Assembly (NCBI GenBank): GCA_022820995.1
Contig: JAJEEM010000039.1
Span: 20,203 to 84,202 of the forward strand
DNA: 64,000 nt
Direction of reading: 5' to 3'
DNA from: Gemmatimonadota bacterium
Lineage (GTDB): Bacteria > Gemmatimonadota > Gemmatimonadetes > Palauibacterales > Palauibacteraceae
The position numbers were made by a program, and so were the translations under genes. Shown here piece after piece: positions 1 through 8,963 of this stretch; the stretch's first letter is position 1, and each line of letters opens with the position of its first letter. The notes under the pieces are model-generated. The model made no database searches. It was not told the DNA's origin and worked only from the letters and a program-made list of their open reading frames with translations.

Positions 1-2
1 CG

Positions 3-521
3 GATCTCTACCAGGGAACGGCGCACGCCGGCGGCGAGACGCACGCGGCTCCCGCGTGGTCGAAGGGCAAGTCGTTCGCGGTCCTCGTCGGTGCCGCCGC
101 GCTCGTGGGCTGGATGAGCGAGATCCTCGTCGGCGGAGCCGAGGAGGCGGCCCATTCCCTGGGGATGACCGAGGTCTTCGTGGGCGTGATCGTCGTCGCC
201 CTCGTCGGCAACGCGGCGGAACACTCGACCGCCGTGCTCGTCGCCCTGCGGAACAAGATGGACCTGTCGATTCAGATCGCGGTGGGATCGTCCCTCCAGA
301 TCGCCCTCCTCATCGCCCCGCTCCTCGTCTTCCTCTCCTACGCGATCGGGCCGGCGCCGATCGACCTCGTCTTCTCCCCGCTGGAAGTCGTGGCCGTCGC
401 CGTCTCCGTCCTCGTCGTGGGGCAGATCGCCGATGACGGCCAGACGCACTGGATGGAGGGCGTGCTCCTCCTCGCCGTGTACGTCGTGCTCGGGCTCGCC
501 TTCTTCAACCTCCCCGGCTAG
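3..521 (+). CDS. cax: Ca2+/H+ antiporter (CaCA family), 5'-truncated by window edge
   Basis: Frame open from base 3; GNAAEH signature, hydrophobic helices, C-terminal [12 protein letters not shown] motif. Confidence 0.9.
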   Translation, partial: DLYQGTAHAGGETHAAPAWSKGKSFAVLVGAAALVGWMSEILVGGAEEAAHSLGMTEVFVGVIVVALVGNAAEHSTAVLVALRNKMDLSIQIAVGSSLQIALLIAPLLVFLSYAIGPAPIDLVFSPLEVVAVAVSVLVVGQIADDGQTHWMEGVLLLAVYVVLGLAFFNLPG

Positions 522-536
522 CAGTCCGGCCGGGAG

Positions 537-565
537 CCGGCGGCGGGTCTGGGTGCCGCCGCCGG
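537..565. terminator. GC hairpin after cax, between convergent units
   Basis: Perfect 10-bp IR CCGGCGGCGG (537-546) / CCGCCGCCGG (556-565); no clear U-tract. Confidence 0.5.
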
Positions 566-724
566 ACCCGACGCAAAGCAACGCTTCTCTAACCCGGCGC
601 GTCTCAGTGTCCCGGGCCCGCGGAACTTCTGACCGCTCCGCGGGGTCGGGACTGACGGGAGAATTGAAGCCGGGGCGGCGGATCACCCTCCTGTGGCAGG
701 GACGACGTTGGGATGAAGTCGGTT
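566..724. ncRNA. Candidate structured ncRNA with 6S RNA-like rod architecture
   Basis: Nested pairings 568-572/718-722, 579-583/706-710, 593-598/669-674, 609-613/648-652, 617-624/637-644; asymmetric central bubble with a small hairpin CCCT..AGGG. Confidence 0.4.
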
Positions 725-753
725 GTACCGAAGTGGTCGTGCGCGCCCCGGCC

Positions 754-1071
754 TCACCCCGCTCGCCCATCTGCGTCGCGGTCGGGGTTCTCCAGGCGGC
801 GCTCGAGGAGTTGTTCGGTGAACGCCTGTCGCTCGGCGATCTGTCCCACCTGATCCTGCAGGTCGGAAAGCGTCTGTAGCAGGCGGTCGTTCGCCGCTGG
901 ACCCGGCAAGGCCTCCTGCACCCCGCCGGCGAGCCGGTCCGCCCGATCTCGCGCCGCCTGCTCGAGGAAATAGGCCAGCTTGCGAGAAATCGGAAAGAGG
1001 ACGATGCCTCCGGTGATGATCAGCACGATCGTGGAGACGAACGCGAAGACGACGACCAGGTCCATGTCCAT
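754..1071 (-). CDS. Small single-TM protein with C-terminal coiled coil (hypothetical, 105 aa)
   Basis: AGGAGG RBS before ATG; N-terminal hydrophobic helix; heptad-like LQDQVGQIAERQAFTEQLLERR. Confidence 0.75.
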   Translation of the reverse strand: MDMDLVVVFAFVSTIVLIITGGIVLFPISRKLAYFLEQAARDRADRLAGGVQEALPGPAANDRLLQTLSDLQDQVGQIAERQAFTEQLLERRLENPDRDADGRAG

Positions 1072-1253
1072 GCCGAGCCTCCTGGATCACAGGTGAGGGT
1101 TGGGGCCGACATCCGACCGCGGCGCGATACGTGACGTGGACCGATACGGTGCGGACGCAGGAACGACGGTCGGAGTTTCGCGGACGGCTTGTCGGCCGGT
1201 GAATCACTCCGCAGTGTGACCCACTGACGTTACCCCGGCCGGAGGAGGCGAGC

Positions 1254-2918
1254 GTGTCAGAAGACCTCGACAGAAGAGGCGCGGAGTCGGCGGAGGGCGG
1301 GATGCGGCGGCGGGGCTTCCTGAAGGTGACCGCGGCGGCGACTGCGGCGGGGGCGCTCGATCCCCGGACGCTCGTGGCCGCTCCCGCGCGGACCCCCTCC
1401 AACCCCGGGACCGAGGGGCCGCTCGAGGCGCGCCCGGTCGCTCAGGAGGAGGTCATTCCGCTCGGGAACGGGGAGCCGCCGGCGCTTCAGTTCCAGGCCT
1501 GGCCGGGCGGGACGGGGGCGCTGCTGGAGAAGTACTGGCGCGCGGGGCTGAACCCGTTCGAGAAGACCCCGATCGATGTCGAACCCTGGGAGGGGCCCGT
1601 GCCGTCCACGGAGGAGGAGATCGCGTTCCTCCCGGTGCACCGGCTGTCGGCGCTCGTGAGGGAACGCCGGGTTTCGCCGACGGAACTCTTCGACATCTAC
1701 ATGGAGCGCATGAAGCGCTACGATCCCGTGCTGCTGTGCGCGGTCACCATCCTCGAGGACCGGGGCAGGGAAGAGGCGGAGCAGGCGGAGGCCGAGATCC
1801 GCGCGGGCGAATGGCGCGGCCCCCTGCACGGAATCCCCTACGGCGTGAAGGACCTCTTCTCGACCGTCGGGGCGCGGACGACGTGGGGCTCGGCGGCATT
1901 CCAGACGCAGATGATCGAGGAGGATGCGGAGGTCGTGCGCCGGCTGAACGCGGCGGGCGCCGTCCTCATCGCGAAGCTCGCGACGGGAGAGTTCGCGCGG
2001 GGCGACCGCTGGTACCGCGGCCGGACGCTGAACCCGTGGAACCTCGCCTGGGGATCGAGCGGGTCTTCCGCCGGGCCGGGATCGGCGACGGCGGCGGGCT
2101 GCGTCGCGTTCTCGATCGGGACCGAGACGCGCGGGTCCATCGTCTCCCCGAGCCGCCGGAACGGGCTGAGCGCCCTCCGCCCCACCTTCGGTCGCGTGAG
2201 CCGCTACGGGGGCATGGTGCTCTCCTGGAGCATGGACAAGACGGGCCCCATGTGCCGCACGATCGAGGACTGCGCGCTCGTGTTCAACGAGATCCACGGC
2301 TCGGATGAGAAGGACCCGGCCTCCGTCACGACGCCGTTCCGGTTCGAGCGGAACCCGGACTTGGCCGCGCTCTCCATCGGATACACGGAGGACGCGCCGC
2401 ACTCCTTCGTCGAGAAGCTCGAGGAGCTGGGGGCGCGGCCGCGGCTCATGCGCGAGCTGCCCGCCCAGTCGGCGAGTTCGCTGGGCGCGGAGTCGTCGTC
2501 GGCCTTCGACTTCCACGTGGCCCCCGGCGGGGAACTGCCCCCGGTACCCGAAGGGCTCAGCGAAGTGGAGGAGCGCGACTTCACGCGGTTCCGCCGGGGA
2601 CGCGAGGGTCTGGCGATGGACTACGTGCACGCGCAGCGGCGGCGCCACATCGTGATGAAGCGCATGGCCGAGGCGATGGAGGGCTTCGACATGTTCGCCA
2701 CCGGCTCGGGAGAGGTCGGGCTCACGAACGAGACGGGCCACCCCGCCGCGGTCGTCCAGTACGGCTTCGGCCCGCTCGGGCCCGAGGGCGAGGAGGCGGA
2801 GCAGCCCCTGACGACGACGCTGATCGGCGACCTGTTCGCCGACGACAGGATTCTGAGCGTGGCGCACGCCTTCCAGGCGGCGACGGACTGGCACACGCGG
2901 CACCCCGCGCTCGATTGA
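1254..2918 (+). CDS. Amidase-signature family enzyme with Tat signal
   Basis: RRRGFLK twin-arginine motif; YGVKDL Lys, GSSGSSAG and GTETRGS Ser motifs; GGAGGAGG RBS. Confidence 0.9.
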   Translation: MSEDLDRRGAESAEGGMRRRGFLKVTAAATAAGALDPRTLVAAPARTPSNPGTEGPLEARPVAQEEVIPLGNGEPPALQFQAWPGGTGALLEKYWRAGLNPFEKTPIDVEPWEGPVPSTEEEIAFLPVHRLSALVRERRVSPTELFDIYMERMKRYDPVLLCAVTILEDRGREEAEQAEAEIRAGEWRGPLHGIPYGVKDLFSTVGARTTWGSAAFQTQMIEEDAEVVRRLNAAGAVLIAKLATGEFARGDRWYRGRTLNPWNLAWGSSGSSAGPGSATAAGCVAFSIGTETRGSIVSPSRRNGLSALRPTFGRVSRYGGMVLSWSMDKTGPMCRTIEDCALVFNEIHGSDEKDPASVTTPFRFERNPDLAALSIGYTEDAPHSFVEKLEELGARPRLMRELPAQSASSLGAESSSAFDFHVAPGGELPPVPEGLSEVEERDFTRFRRGREGLAMDYVHAQRRRHIVMKRMAEAMEGFDMFATGSGEVGLTNETGHPAAVVQYGFGPLGPEGEEAEQPLTTTLIGDLFADDRILSVAHAFQAATDWHTRHPALD

Positions 2919-2949
2919 GCGGGGAACCTCGACAGACGGAGGACGAAGG

Positions 2950-4224
2950 ATGAACAGAATGCCCAGGCGCCTCCTGTGGGGCGTGCTCCCGGTGCTCGTG
3001 GTCGGTGTCGCGCTCGCGGTGGCGGGCGTCCCGGGGTCGTCGGCGGCCGAATCGGATGCGGGCCGCCTCGAACGGCTCAGCGGCGTCCTGGAGTCCTACG
3101 TGGAGGAAGGCGAACTGGCCGGCGCCGTCGCGCTCGTCGCGCACGAAGGCGAGATCTCCTACCTGGAGGCGGTCGGCCACCGCGACGTCGCGGCCGGCGA
3201 CCCCATGGAGACGGACGACATCTTCCGCATCGCCTCGCAGACGAAAGCGATCGTGAGCGTCGGTGTCATGATCCTGCAGGAAGAGGGGGGTCTCCTCATC
3301 TCCGATGCGCTCGGCCGCCATCTGCCCGAGTACATGGAGACGACGGTCGCCGTCGCCGATGGAGCCGGAGGGTACGACATCGTCCCGGCGAACCGGCCGA
3401 TCACGATCCGGGATCTGCTCACGCACACGGCCGGCATCGGCTACGGGGGCGGCCCCGCGGCGGAGTTGTGGGAGGAGGCGGGCATCCAGGGCTGGTACTT
3501 CGCGCACCGCGACGAGCCGATCCGGGAGACGGTACGGCGCATGGCCGCCCTCCCCATGGACGCGCAGCCGGGCGAACGCTTTGTGTACGGCTATGCCACG
3601 GACATCCTCGGCGCCCTCGTCGAAGATGTGTCGGGCGAGCCGCTGGACGACTTCCTCCGCACGCGGATCTTCGAGCCGCTGGGCATGGTGGACACGCACT
3701 TCTACCTGCCGGAGGAGAAGCGCGACCGGCTCAGCGTCGTGTATTCGGCCGCGGAGGGCGAACTCTCGCCGGCGCCCGATCCGGGCGGCATGGTCGGCCA
3801 GGGCGCGTACGTCGACGGCCCGCGGACGAGCTTCTCCGGCGGCGCGGGGCTCCTCTCCACCGCCCACGACTACGCCCGCTTCCTGCAGATGATGCTGAAC
3901 GGCGGCGAACTCGACGGCGCCCGCATCCTGTCGAGCAAGAGTGTCGACCTCATGACGGTCAACCACGTGGGGGACCGGTTCAACTGGAACGGCGGGGTCG
4001 GGTTCGGTCTCGGCTTCAGCGTGCTGGCCGATCTCGGGGCGCGAGGAACCCCCGGCTCGGTCGGCGAGTACGGATGGGGCGGCGCGTACCACTCGACGTA
4101 CTGGGTGGATCCCGCCGAGGATCTCGTCGTCGTCTACTTCACGCAGCTCATCCCGACGGGCGGCGTGGACGACCACGCGAAGCTCCGCACGCTGGTGTAC
4201 CAGGCGCTCGACGAGTTGCAATAG
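2950..4224 (+). CDS. Secreted serine hydrolase, beta-lactamase/class C-like family
   Basis: Signal peptide; SxxK in FRIASQTK; LLTHTAG; GWGGAY; GGAGG RBS. Confidence 0.9.
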   Translation: MNRMPRRLLWGVLPVLVVGVALAVAGVPGSSAAESDAGRLERLSGVLESYVEEGELAGAVALVAHEGEISYLEAVGHRDVAAGDPMETDDIFRIASQTKAIVSVGVMILQEEGGLLISDALGRHLPEYMETTVAVADGAGGYDIVPANRPITIRDLLTHTAGIGYGGGPAAELWEEAGIQGWYFAHRDEPIRETVRRMAALPMDAQPGERFVYGYATDILGALVEDVSGEPLDDFLRTRIFEPLGMVDTHFYLPEEKRDRLSVVYSAAEGELSPAPDPGGMVGQGAYVDGPRTSFSGGAGLLSTAHDYARFLQMMLNGGELDGARILSSKSVDLMTVNHVGDRFNWNGGVGFGLGFSVLADLGARGTPGSVGEYGWGGAYHSTYWVDPAEDLVVVYFTQLIPTGGVDDHAKLRTLVYQALDELQ

Positions 4225-4268
4225 CCGCGCGCGGCCCGCTGTTGTAGATCTGAGGGCCGCGCTCGCGA

Positions 4269-4352
4269 GCCGGAGTGGCGGAACTGGCAGACGCGCCGGA
4301 CTCAAAATCCGGTGGGAGCAATCCCTTGAGGGTTCGAGTCCCTCCTCCGGCA
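4269..4352 (+). tRNA. tRNA-Leu(CAA), CCA not encoded
   Basis: GCCGGAG/CTCCGGC acceptor stem, D-arm GGCGGAACTGGCAGACGC, anticodon arm CCGGA-CT-CAA-AA-TCCGG, long variable arm, GGTTCGAGTCC T-arm. Confidence 0.97.
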
Positions 4353-4395
4353 TGACCCTTCGCTCTCGTTTCCCCGACGACTCCGCGCCAGGCCC

Positions 4396-5376
4396 GTGAC
4401 CCAGCCCGTGATTCGAACCGTCGCCGTCGTCGGATCCGGAGTCATCGGCCGGAGCTGGATCCGCGTATTCGCGAGGGCCGGCTGCGAGACGCGCGTCTTC
4501 GACCCCGACCCCGAGCAATCGGCGCGCGCGCTCGACTGGGCGCGGCACTCCGCGCGGGAGGACGAGGCCCGCGGGTTCATCGACGCCGGGGCCGCCGACG
4601 ACGAAGGGCGGTTGATCCGCCGCTGCGAGGCGCTGGACGATGCGCTGCCGGGCGCCGGATGGGTGCAGGAGAGCGGGCCGGAAACGCTCGCGGTCAAGCA
4701 GCGGATCTTCGCCGGACTGGATGCCGCCGCGGGTCCCGGCACGATCCTGGCGAGTTCCACGTCCGCCCACGACATGGCGCGGATCGCGGAGGGTCTCGCG
4801 GGCGCCGACCGTTGCGTCGTCGCGCACCCCGTGAATCCGCCGCACGTCATTCCCGCCGTGGAGGTCCTTCCCGGCGAGCGCACGCGCCCCGAGGTCCTGA
4901 CCGCGGCCCTCGCCTTCCTTGAGAGCGTGGGGCAGTCTCCCGTGCGGATGAACCGCTACCTGAACGGCTTCCTCCTCAACCGGCTCCAGGCCGCGCTGAT
5001 CCGGGAGGCCGCCTTCCTGTATGGGACGGGCGCGGCCTCCGCGGAGGCGATCGACACGGTGGTGCGGGAGGGTCTGGGGCTGCGCTGGGCGCTGCTCGGA
5101 CCCTTCGGGACCGGCCACACGAACGCGGACGGCGGCGCGGGCGAGTACTACCGGCGCTACGGCGACGCGTACCGTCAGATGTGGCGGGAGCTCGAAACCG
5201 ACCCGGAGTTTTCGGATCGCGTGATCGACGGGATCCACGAGGAGACGGAGGAGATGTACGGAGCCGCGGCCACCGAGGCTCTCTGCGCCTGGCGCGACCG
5301 GCTGGTACGGCGCATCCGCGCGCTGAAGGAGGACGATCCTTTCCCCGGAAGTCCGGCGCGGGAGAGCGGTCGTTGA
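4396..5376 (+). CDS. 3-hydroxyacyl-CoA dehydrogenase family, lambda-crystallin/carnitine dehydrogenase-like
   Basis: GSGVIG Rossmann motif, ESGPE..K, ILASSTS, HPVNPPH, GFLLNRLQ. Confidence 0.8.
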   Translation: MTQPVIRTVAVVGSGVIGRSWIRVFARAGCETRVFDPDPEQSARALDWARHSAREDEARGFIDAGAADDEGRLIRRCEALDDALPGAGWVQESGPETLAVKQRIFAGLDAAAGPGTILASSTSAHDMARIAEGLAGADRCVVAHPVNPPHVIPAVEVLPGERTRPEVLTAALAFLESVGQSPVRMNRYLNGFLLNRLQAALIREAAFLYGTGAASAEAIDTVVREGLGLRWALLGPFGTGHTNADGGAGEYYRRYGDAYRQMWRELETDPEFSDRVIDGIHEETEEMYGAAATEALCAWRDRLVRRIRALKEDDPFPGSPARESGR

Positions 5377-5432
5377 AGCGCGGGCGTCGACTCATTCCTC
5401 AAACGCCGGACCGCGCGCGGGTGTCTATTCCT

Positions 5433-5470
5433 TGCGCCCACGAAGCATCACTGCGCCCACGAGGCACCAC
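5433..5470. repeat. 19-bp tandem duplication (2 copies, 2 mismatches)
   Basis: TGCGCCCACGAAGCATCAC followed by TGCGCCCACGAGGCACCAC. Confidence 0.8.
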
Positions 5471-5491
5471 CACAGTCAGGAGCCGCGAATC

Positions 5492-8400
5492 ATGCTGAAG
5501 CGCGCCTTTCTCCCCGTCGTCTTCGCGACAATCGTCCTCCCGGTCTCCGCGACCGCCCAGGAGGCCGTGGCCGATGAGGATTTCATGGCCGAGATGGAAT
5601 GGCGTTCCATCGGCCCCGCGAACATGGCCGGGCGGGTGACGGACATCGAAGGGATCCCGGGCACCGGCACGTTCTTCATCGCCGGCGCGACGAGCGGGAT
5701 CTGGAAGACGACGAACAACGGGACGACCTACCGGCCCGTCTTCGACAACGAGCGGGTCATCTCGATGGGCGACCTCGCGATCGCGCCGAGCAACCCCGAC
5801 ATCGTCTGGGCGGGCACCGGCGAGGAGGACTCGCGCAACTCGATCTCGCCCGGAGGCGGCATCTACAAGTCCGTCGACGGCGGGCTCACGTGGGAGCTGA
5901 AGGGGCTCGAGGACACGCAGGCGATCGGCCGCATCGTCGTCCACCCGACGAAGGCGGACTGGGTGTACGTCGCCGCGCTCGGGCACCCCTGGGGGGCCAA
6001 CGAGGAGCGCGGGCTGTACCGCACGACGGACGGCGGCGACACCTGGGAGCGGATCAACTTCGTCTCCGAGGACGCCGGCTTCGTCGACATCGACATGCAC
6101 CCGCAGAATCCGGACATCCTGTGGGCGACGAGCTGGGAGCGCGTGCGCGGCCCGTACTTCTTCAACAGCGGCGGCCCGGGTAGCGCGATCTGGAAGTCCA
6201 CCGACGCCGGCGACACGTGGGAGAAGGTGGAGGGCAACGGCCTCCCCGAGACCATGCTGGGGCGGCTCGAGATCGCGATCGCGCCGAGCTACCCGCAGGT
6301 CATGTACGCGATGGTCGAGGCGGAGGCTCCGGAGGAGGCGGATGAAGACGGGAATCGCCACGCCTCCGGTCTGTACCGCTCCGCCGACGGCGGCGAGACG
6401 TGGGAGTTCAGGAATTCGAACAACTCCCGGCCCTTCTACTATTCCGGCGTCTGGGTGTCGCCGGACGACCCCGACTTCATCTACTGGTCGTCCCTCTTCT
6501 TTTCCCGGGACGGGGGCCGCACCGTCGGGAACCCGGCCCAGGGCGTGCACGTCGACTATCACGCACTGTGGTGGGATCCGACGAATCCGGACCACTTCAT
6601 ACTGGGCAACGACGGCGGAATCGCGATCACGTGGGACCGGGGCGGAAACTTCGAGTTCCCCAACCGCATTCCCATGGGTCAGTTCTATGCGGTCAGCTAC
6701 AACATGGACACGCCGTACCGCGTCTGCGGCGGCCTGCAGGACAACTATACGTGGTGCGGGCCGAGCGCACGCGCCGGGGGCTCGATCGACAATCACATGT
6801 GGTATTCGATCGGGGGCGGCGACGGCTTCTACGCGCCGCAGGATCCCACGAACCCGGACATCGTTTTCGGCGAATCGCAGCAGGGGCGGATCTACTGGCG
6901 GAACACGCGCACGGGCGAGCGGCACCAGCTGCAGCATCCGGACTGGCGCGAGCGGACGCAGACGCTGCGCGACTCGATCGCGATCCTGACGGGGGACGAC
7001 CCCGACAACCCGCCGGCGGGCAACGTGGCGCAGATCGAGGAGTTGCAGGCCCTCGTCGCGCAGGACTCCGCGCTGTACGACATGCGGTTCAACTGGAATA
7101 CGCCGCTCGAACTGTCGCCGCACGATCCGCAGACGCTGTACATCGGGGCGAACCGTGTCCTGAAGTGGACGTACGACACCGATGAGATGACGCCGATTTC
7201 GGACGACCTCACGTACGCGGACCCGGAGAAGATCGAGATCGCGTACAACACGACGGGCGGCATCACGCCGGACGTCACCGGGGCGGAGAACTTCGCGACG
7301 ATCGTCTCGCTCGCCGAATCGAAGCTCAACGAGGGCGAACTCTACGCGGGGACGGACGATGGCCGCGTGTGGCGGACGCCCGAGGGGGCGGAGTGGATCG
7401 AACTCACGGATCGCTTCGACGGTGTCCCGGAGGGGACGTACGTGAGCCGGATCGAGGCCTCGAGCCATGACCCGAACCGCTTCTACGTGACGTTCGACAA
7501 CCACCGGCGCGACGACTACACGCCGTACGTCTACGTGACGGACGACGCCGGCGAGAGCTTCCGCTCGATCTCGTCGAACCTCCCGACCGGGGCGCCGGAC
7601 TTCGTGCACGTGGTCCGGGAAGACCCGGTGAACCCGGATCTCCTCTTCGTGGGGACGGACGTGGGGGCCTACGTGTCGACGGACCGGGGCGGCTCGTGGA
7701 CGCGCTTCATGAACGGGCTGCCCACGGTGCCGGTCCACGATCTGAAGATCCATCCGCGCGAGAGCGAGATCATCGCCGGAACGCACGGGCGCTCCATCTT
7801 CGTGGCGGACATCTCGCTCCTGCAGCAACTCGACGGCGGACGCCTGCCCGAGGCCGTGACGGTGTTCCAGCCGAAGACGGCGATCCAGTTCGGAGATCCG
7901 CCGGTGGGCGGCGAGTTCATCGCGCAGAGCACGTTCCAGGCGGACGCGGGGAGCTACGGCGCCGAGATCTCCTACTACGTCCCGGAGGATGTCGCCGAAG
8001 CGCTCGCCGAGGCGGCCGAGGAGGAGGCGGAAGAAGAAGGGGCAGAAGAAGAAGGGGCAGAAGAAGAAGAGGCGGCCGAGGAAGAGGACGAGGAGGCCGA
8101 AGCGGAGGCTCCGGGCGCCGCGGCGCAGGCCGCCTTCGCGATGCGCGGGGGCATGGCGGCGGCACGGGGCGGAAACCGTCCGCAGGCCTCGATCGCGATC
8201 CTGAACGCGGCGGGAGACACCGTGCAGACGATGAACGGGTCGGCCTCGGCCGGCGTGCAGCGCGTGCGGTGGACGTTCAACCGGCGGGCCGCGCCGCGGG
8301 AGCCGTCGCCCGCGGATCGGCTGGACAGCCTGCGCACCGCCCGGCTCTACCAGACGGTGGGAGACTCGCTGGTCGAGCATGAGGGTGTCGCGCGGGAGAC

Positions 8401-8854
8401 GATGGACCAGGTGCTCGACATGATGCAGGGCGGCAACCAGGGCGCGATCATGCGCATGTTCACCGGCGGCGGCGGCGGTGGTGCCGGGGCCGGCGGTTGG
8501 CAGGAGAGGCCGGCGGAGCGCTACCCCCAGCCGGGGCAGGGGGGGCAGGGCGGAGGCCGGGGAGGGGGCCGCACCGCGGCCATGGCTGCCGCTGCGGCCG
8601 CCCGGAGCGGCGCCGATCCGGCGGCGATGCGCGAGGTCTTCCAGCAGGTGGGCGAAGCCATCCGCGACAGGGGCGGGATGTCCGTGATGCGTCGCTTCTT
8701 CGGCGGCGGCGGCGGCGGGGGCGGCCTGGCCGATCCCGGGACGTACACCGTGGCGATCACGATCGGCGACGAAACCCATACCATCCCGCTCGAGGTAGTG
8801 CGGAAGGACGGCTTCGGGTTCTGGGACGAGCCCGACGGAGAGAACGACCGCTAG
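5492..8854 (+). CDS. Secreted BNR/Asp-box (VPS10/sortilin-like) beta-propeller protein
   Basis: CAGGAG RBS before ATG 5492; signal peptide; repeated (S/T)xDGGxTW boxes; WRSIGPANMAGRV opening motif. Confidence 0.85.
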   Translation: MLKRAFLPVVFATIVLPVSATAQEAVADEDFMAEMEWRSIGPANMAGRVTDIEGIPGTGTFFIAGATSGIWKTTNNGTTYRPVFDNERVISMGDLAIAPSNPDIVWAGTGEEDSRNSISPGGGIYKSVDGGLTWELKGLEDTQAIGRIVVHPTKADWVYVAALGHPWGANEERGLYRTTDGGDTWERINFVSEDAGFVDIDMHPQNPDILWATSWERVRGPYFFNSGGPGSAIWKSTDAGDTWEKVEGNGLPETMLGRLEIAIAPSYPQVMYAMVEAEAPEEADEDGNRHASGLYRSADGGETWEFRNSNNSRPFYYSGVWVSPDDPDFIYWSSLFFSRDGGRTVGNPAQGVHVDYHALWWDPTNPDHFILGNDGGIAITWDRGGNFEFPNRIPMGQFYAVSYNMDTPYRVCGGLQDNYTWCGPSARAGGSIDNHMWYSIGGGDGFYAPQDPTNPDIVFGESQQGRIYWRNTRTGERHQLQHPDWRERTQTLRDSIAILTGDDPDNPPAGNVAQIEELQALVAQDSALYDMRFNWNTPLELSPHDPQTLYIGANRVLKWTYDTDEMTPISDDLTYADPEKIEIAYNTTGGITPDVTGAENFATIVSLAESKLNEGELYAGTDDGRVWRTPEGAEWIELTDRFDGVPEGTYVSRIEASSHDPNRFYVTFDNHRRDDYTPYVYVTDDAGESFRSISSNLPTGAPDFVHVVREDPVNPDLLFVGTDVGAYVSTDRGGSWTRFMNGLPTVPVHDLKIHPRESEIIAGTHGRSIFVADISLLQQLDGGRLPEAVTVFQPKTAIQFGDPPVGGEFIAQSTFQADAGSYGAEISYYVPEDVAEALAEAAEEEAEEEGAEEEGAEEEEAAEEEDEEAEAEAPGAAAQAAFAMRGGMAAARGGNRPQASIAILNAAGDTVQTMNGSASAGVQRVRWTFNRRAAPREPSPADRLDSLRTARLYQTVGDSLVEHEGVARETMDQVLDMMQGGNQGAIMRMFTGGGGGGAGAGGWQERPAERYPQPGQGGQGGGRGGGRTAAMAAAAAARSGADPAAMREVFQQVGEAIRDRGGMSVMRRFFGGGGGGGGLADPGTYTVAITIGDETHTIPLEVVRKDGFGFWDEPDGENDR
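8027..8071 (+). repeat. 15-bp in-frame tandem repeat x3 encoding AEEEG/AEEEG/AEEEE
   Basis: GCGGAAGAAGAAGGG, GCAGAAGAAGAAGGG, GCAGAAGAAGAAGAG. Confidence 0.85.
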
Positions 8855-8866
8855 CGGCTCGCGGAC

Positions 8867-8900
8867 CCGCCGGAGCGGCAACCGTTCGCCGCTCCGGCGG
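8867..8900. terminator. Hairpin after the BNR gene
   Basis: Perfect 13-bp IR CCGCCGGAGCGGC / GCCGCTCCGGCGG with 8-nt loop. Confidence 0.6.
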
Positions 8901-8963
8901 TGTCGCATGGCTCGATAGCGTGCAGCGTCGGGCCGGCGCACCTCCGAAGACCGGGATGGGCGG

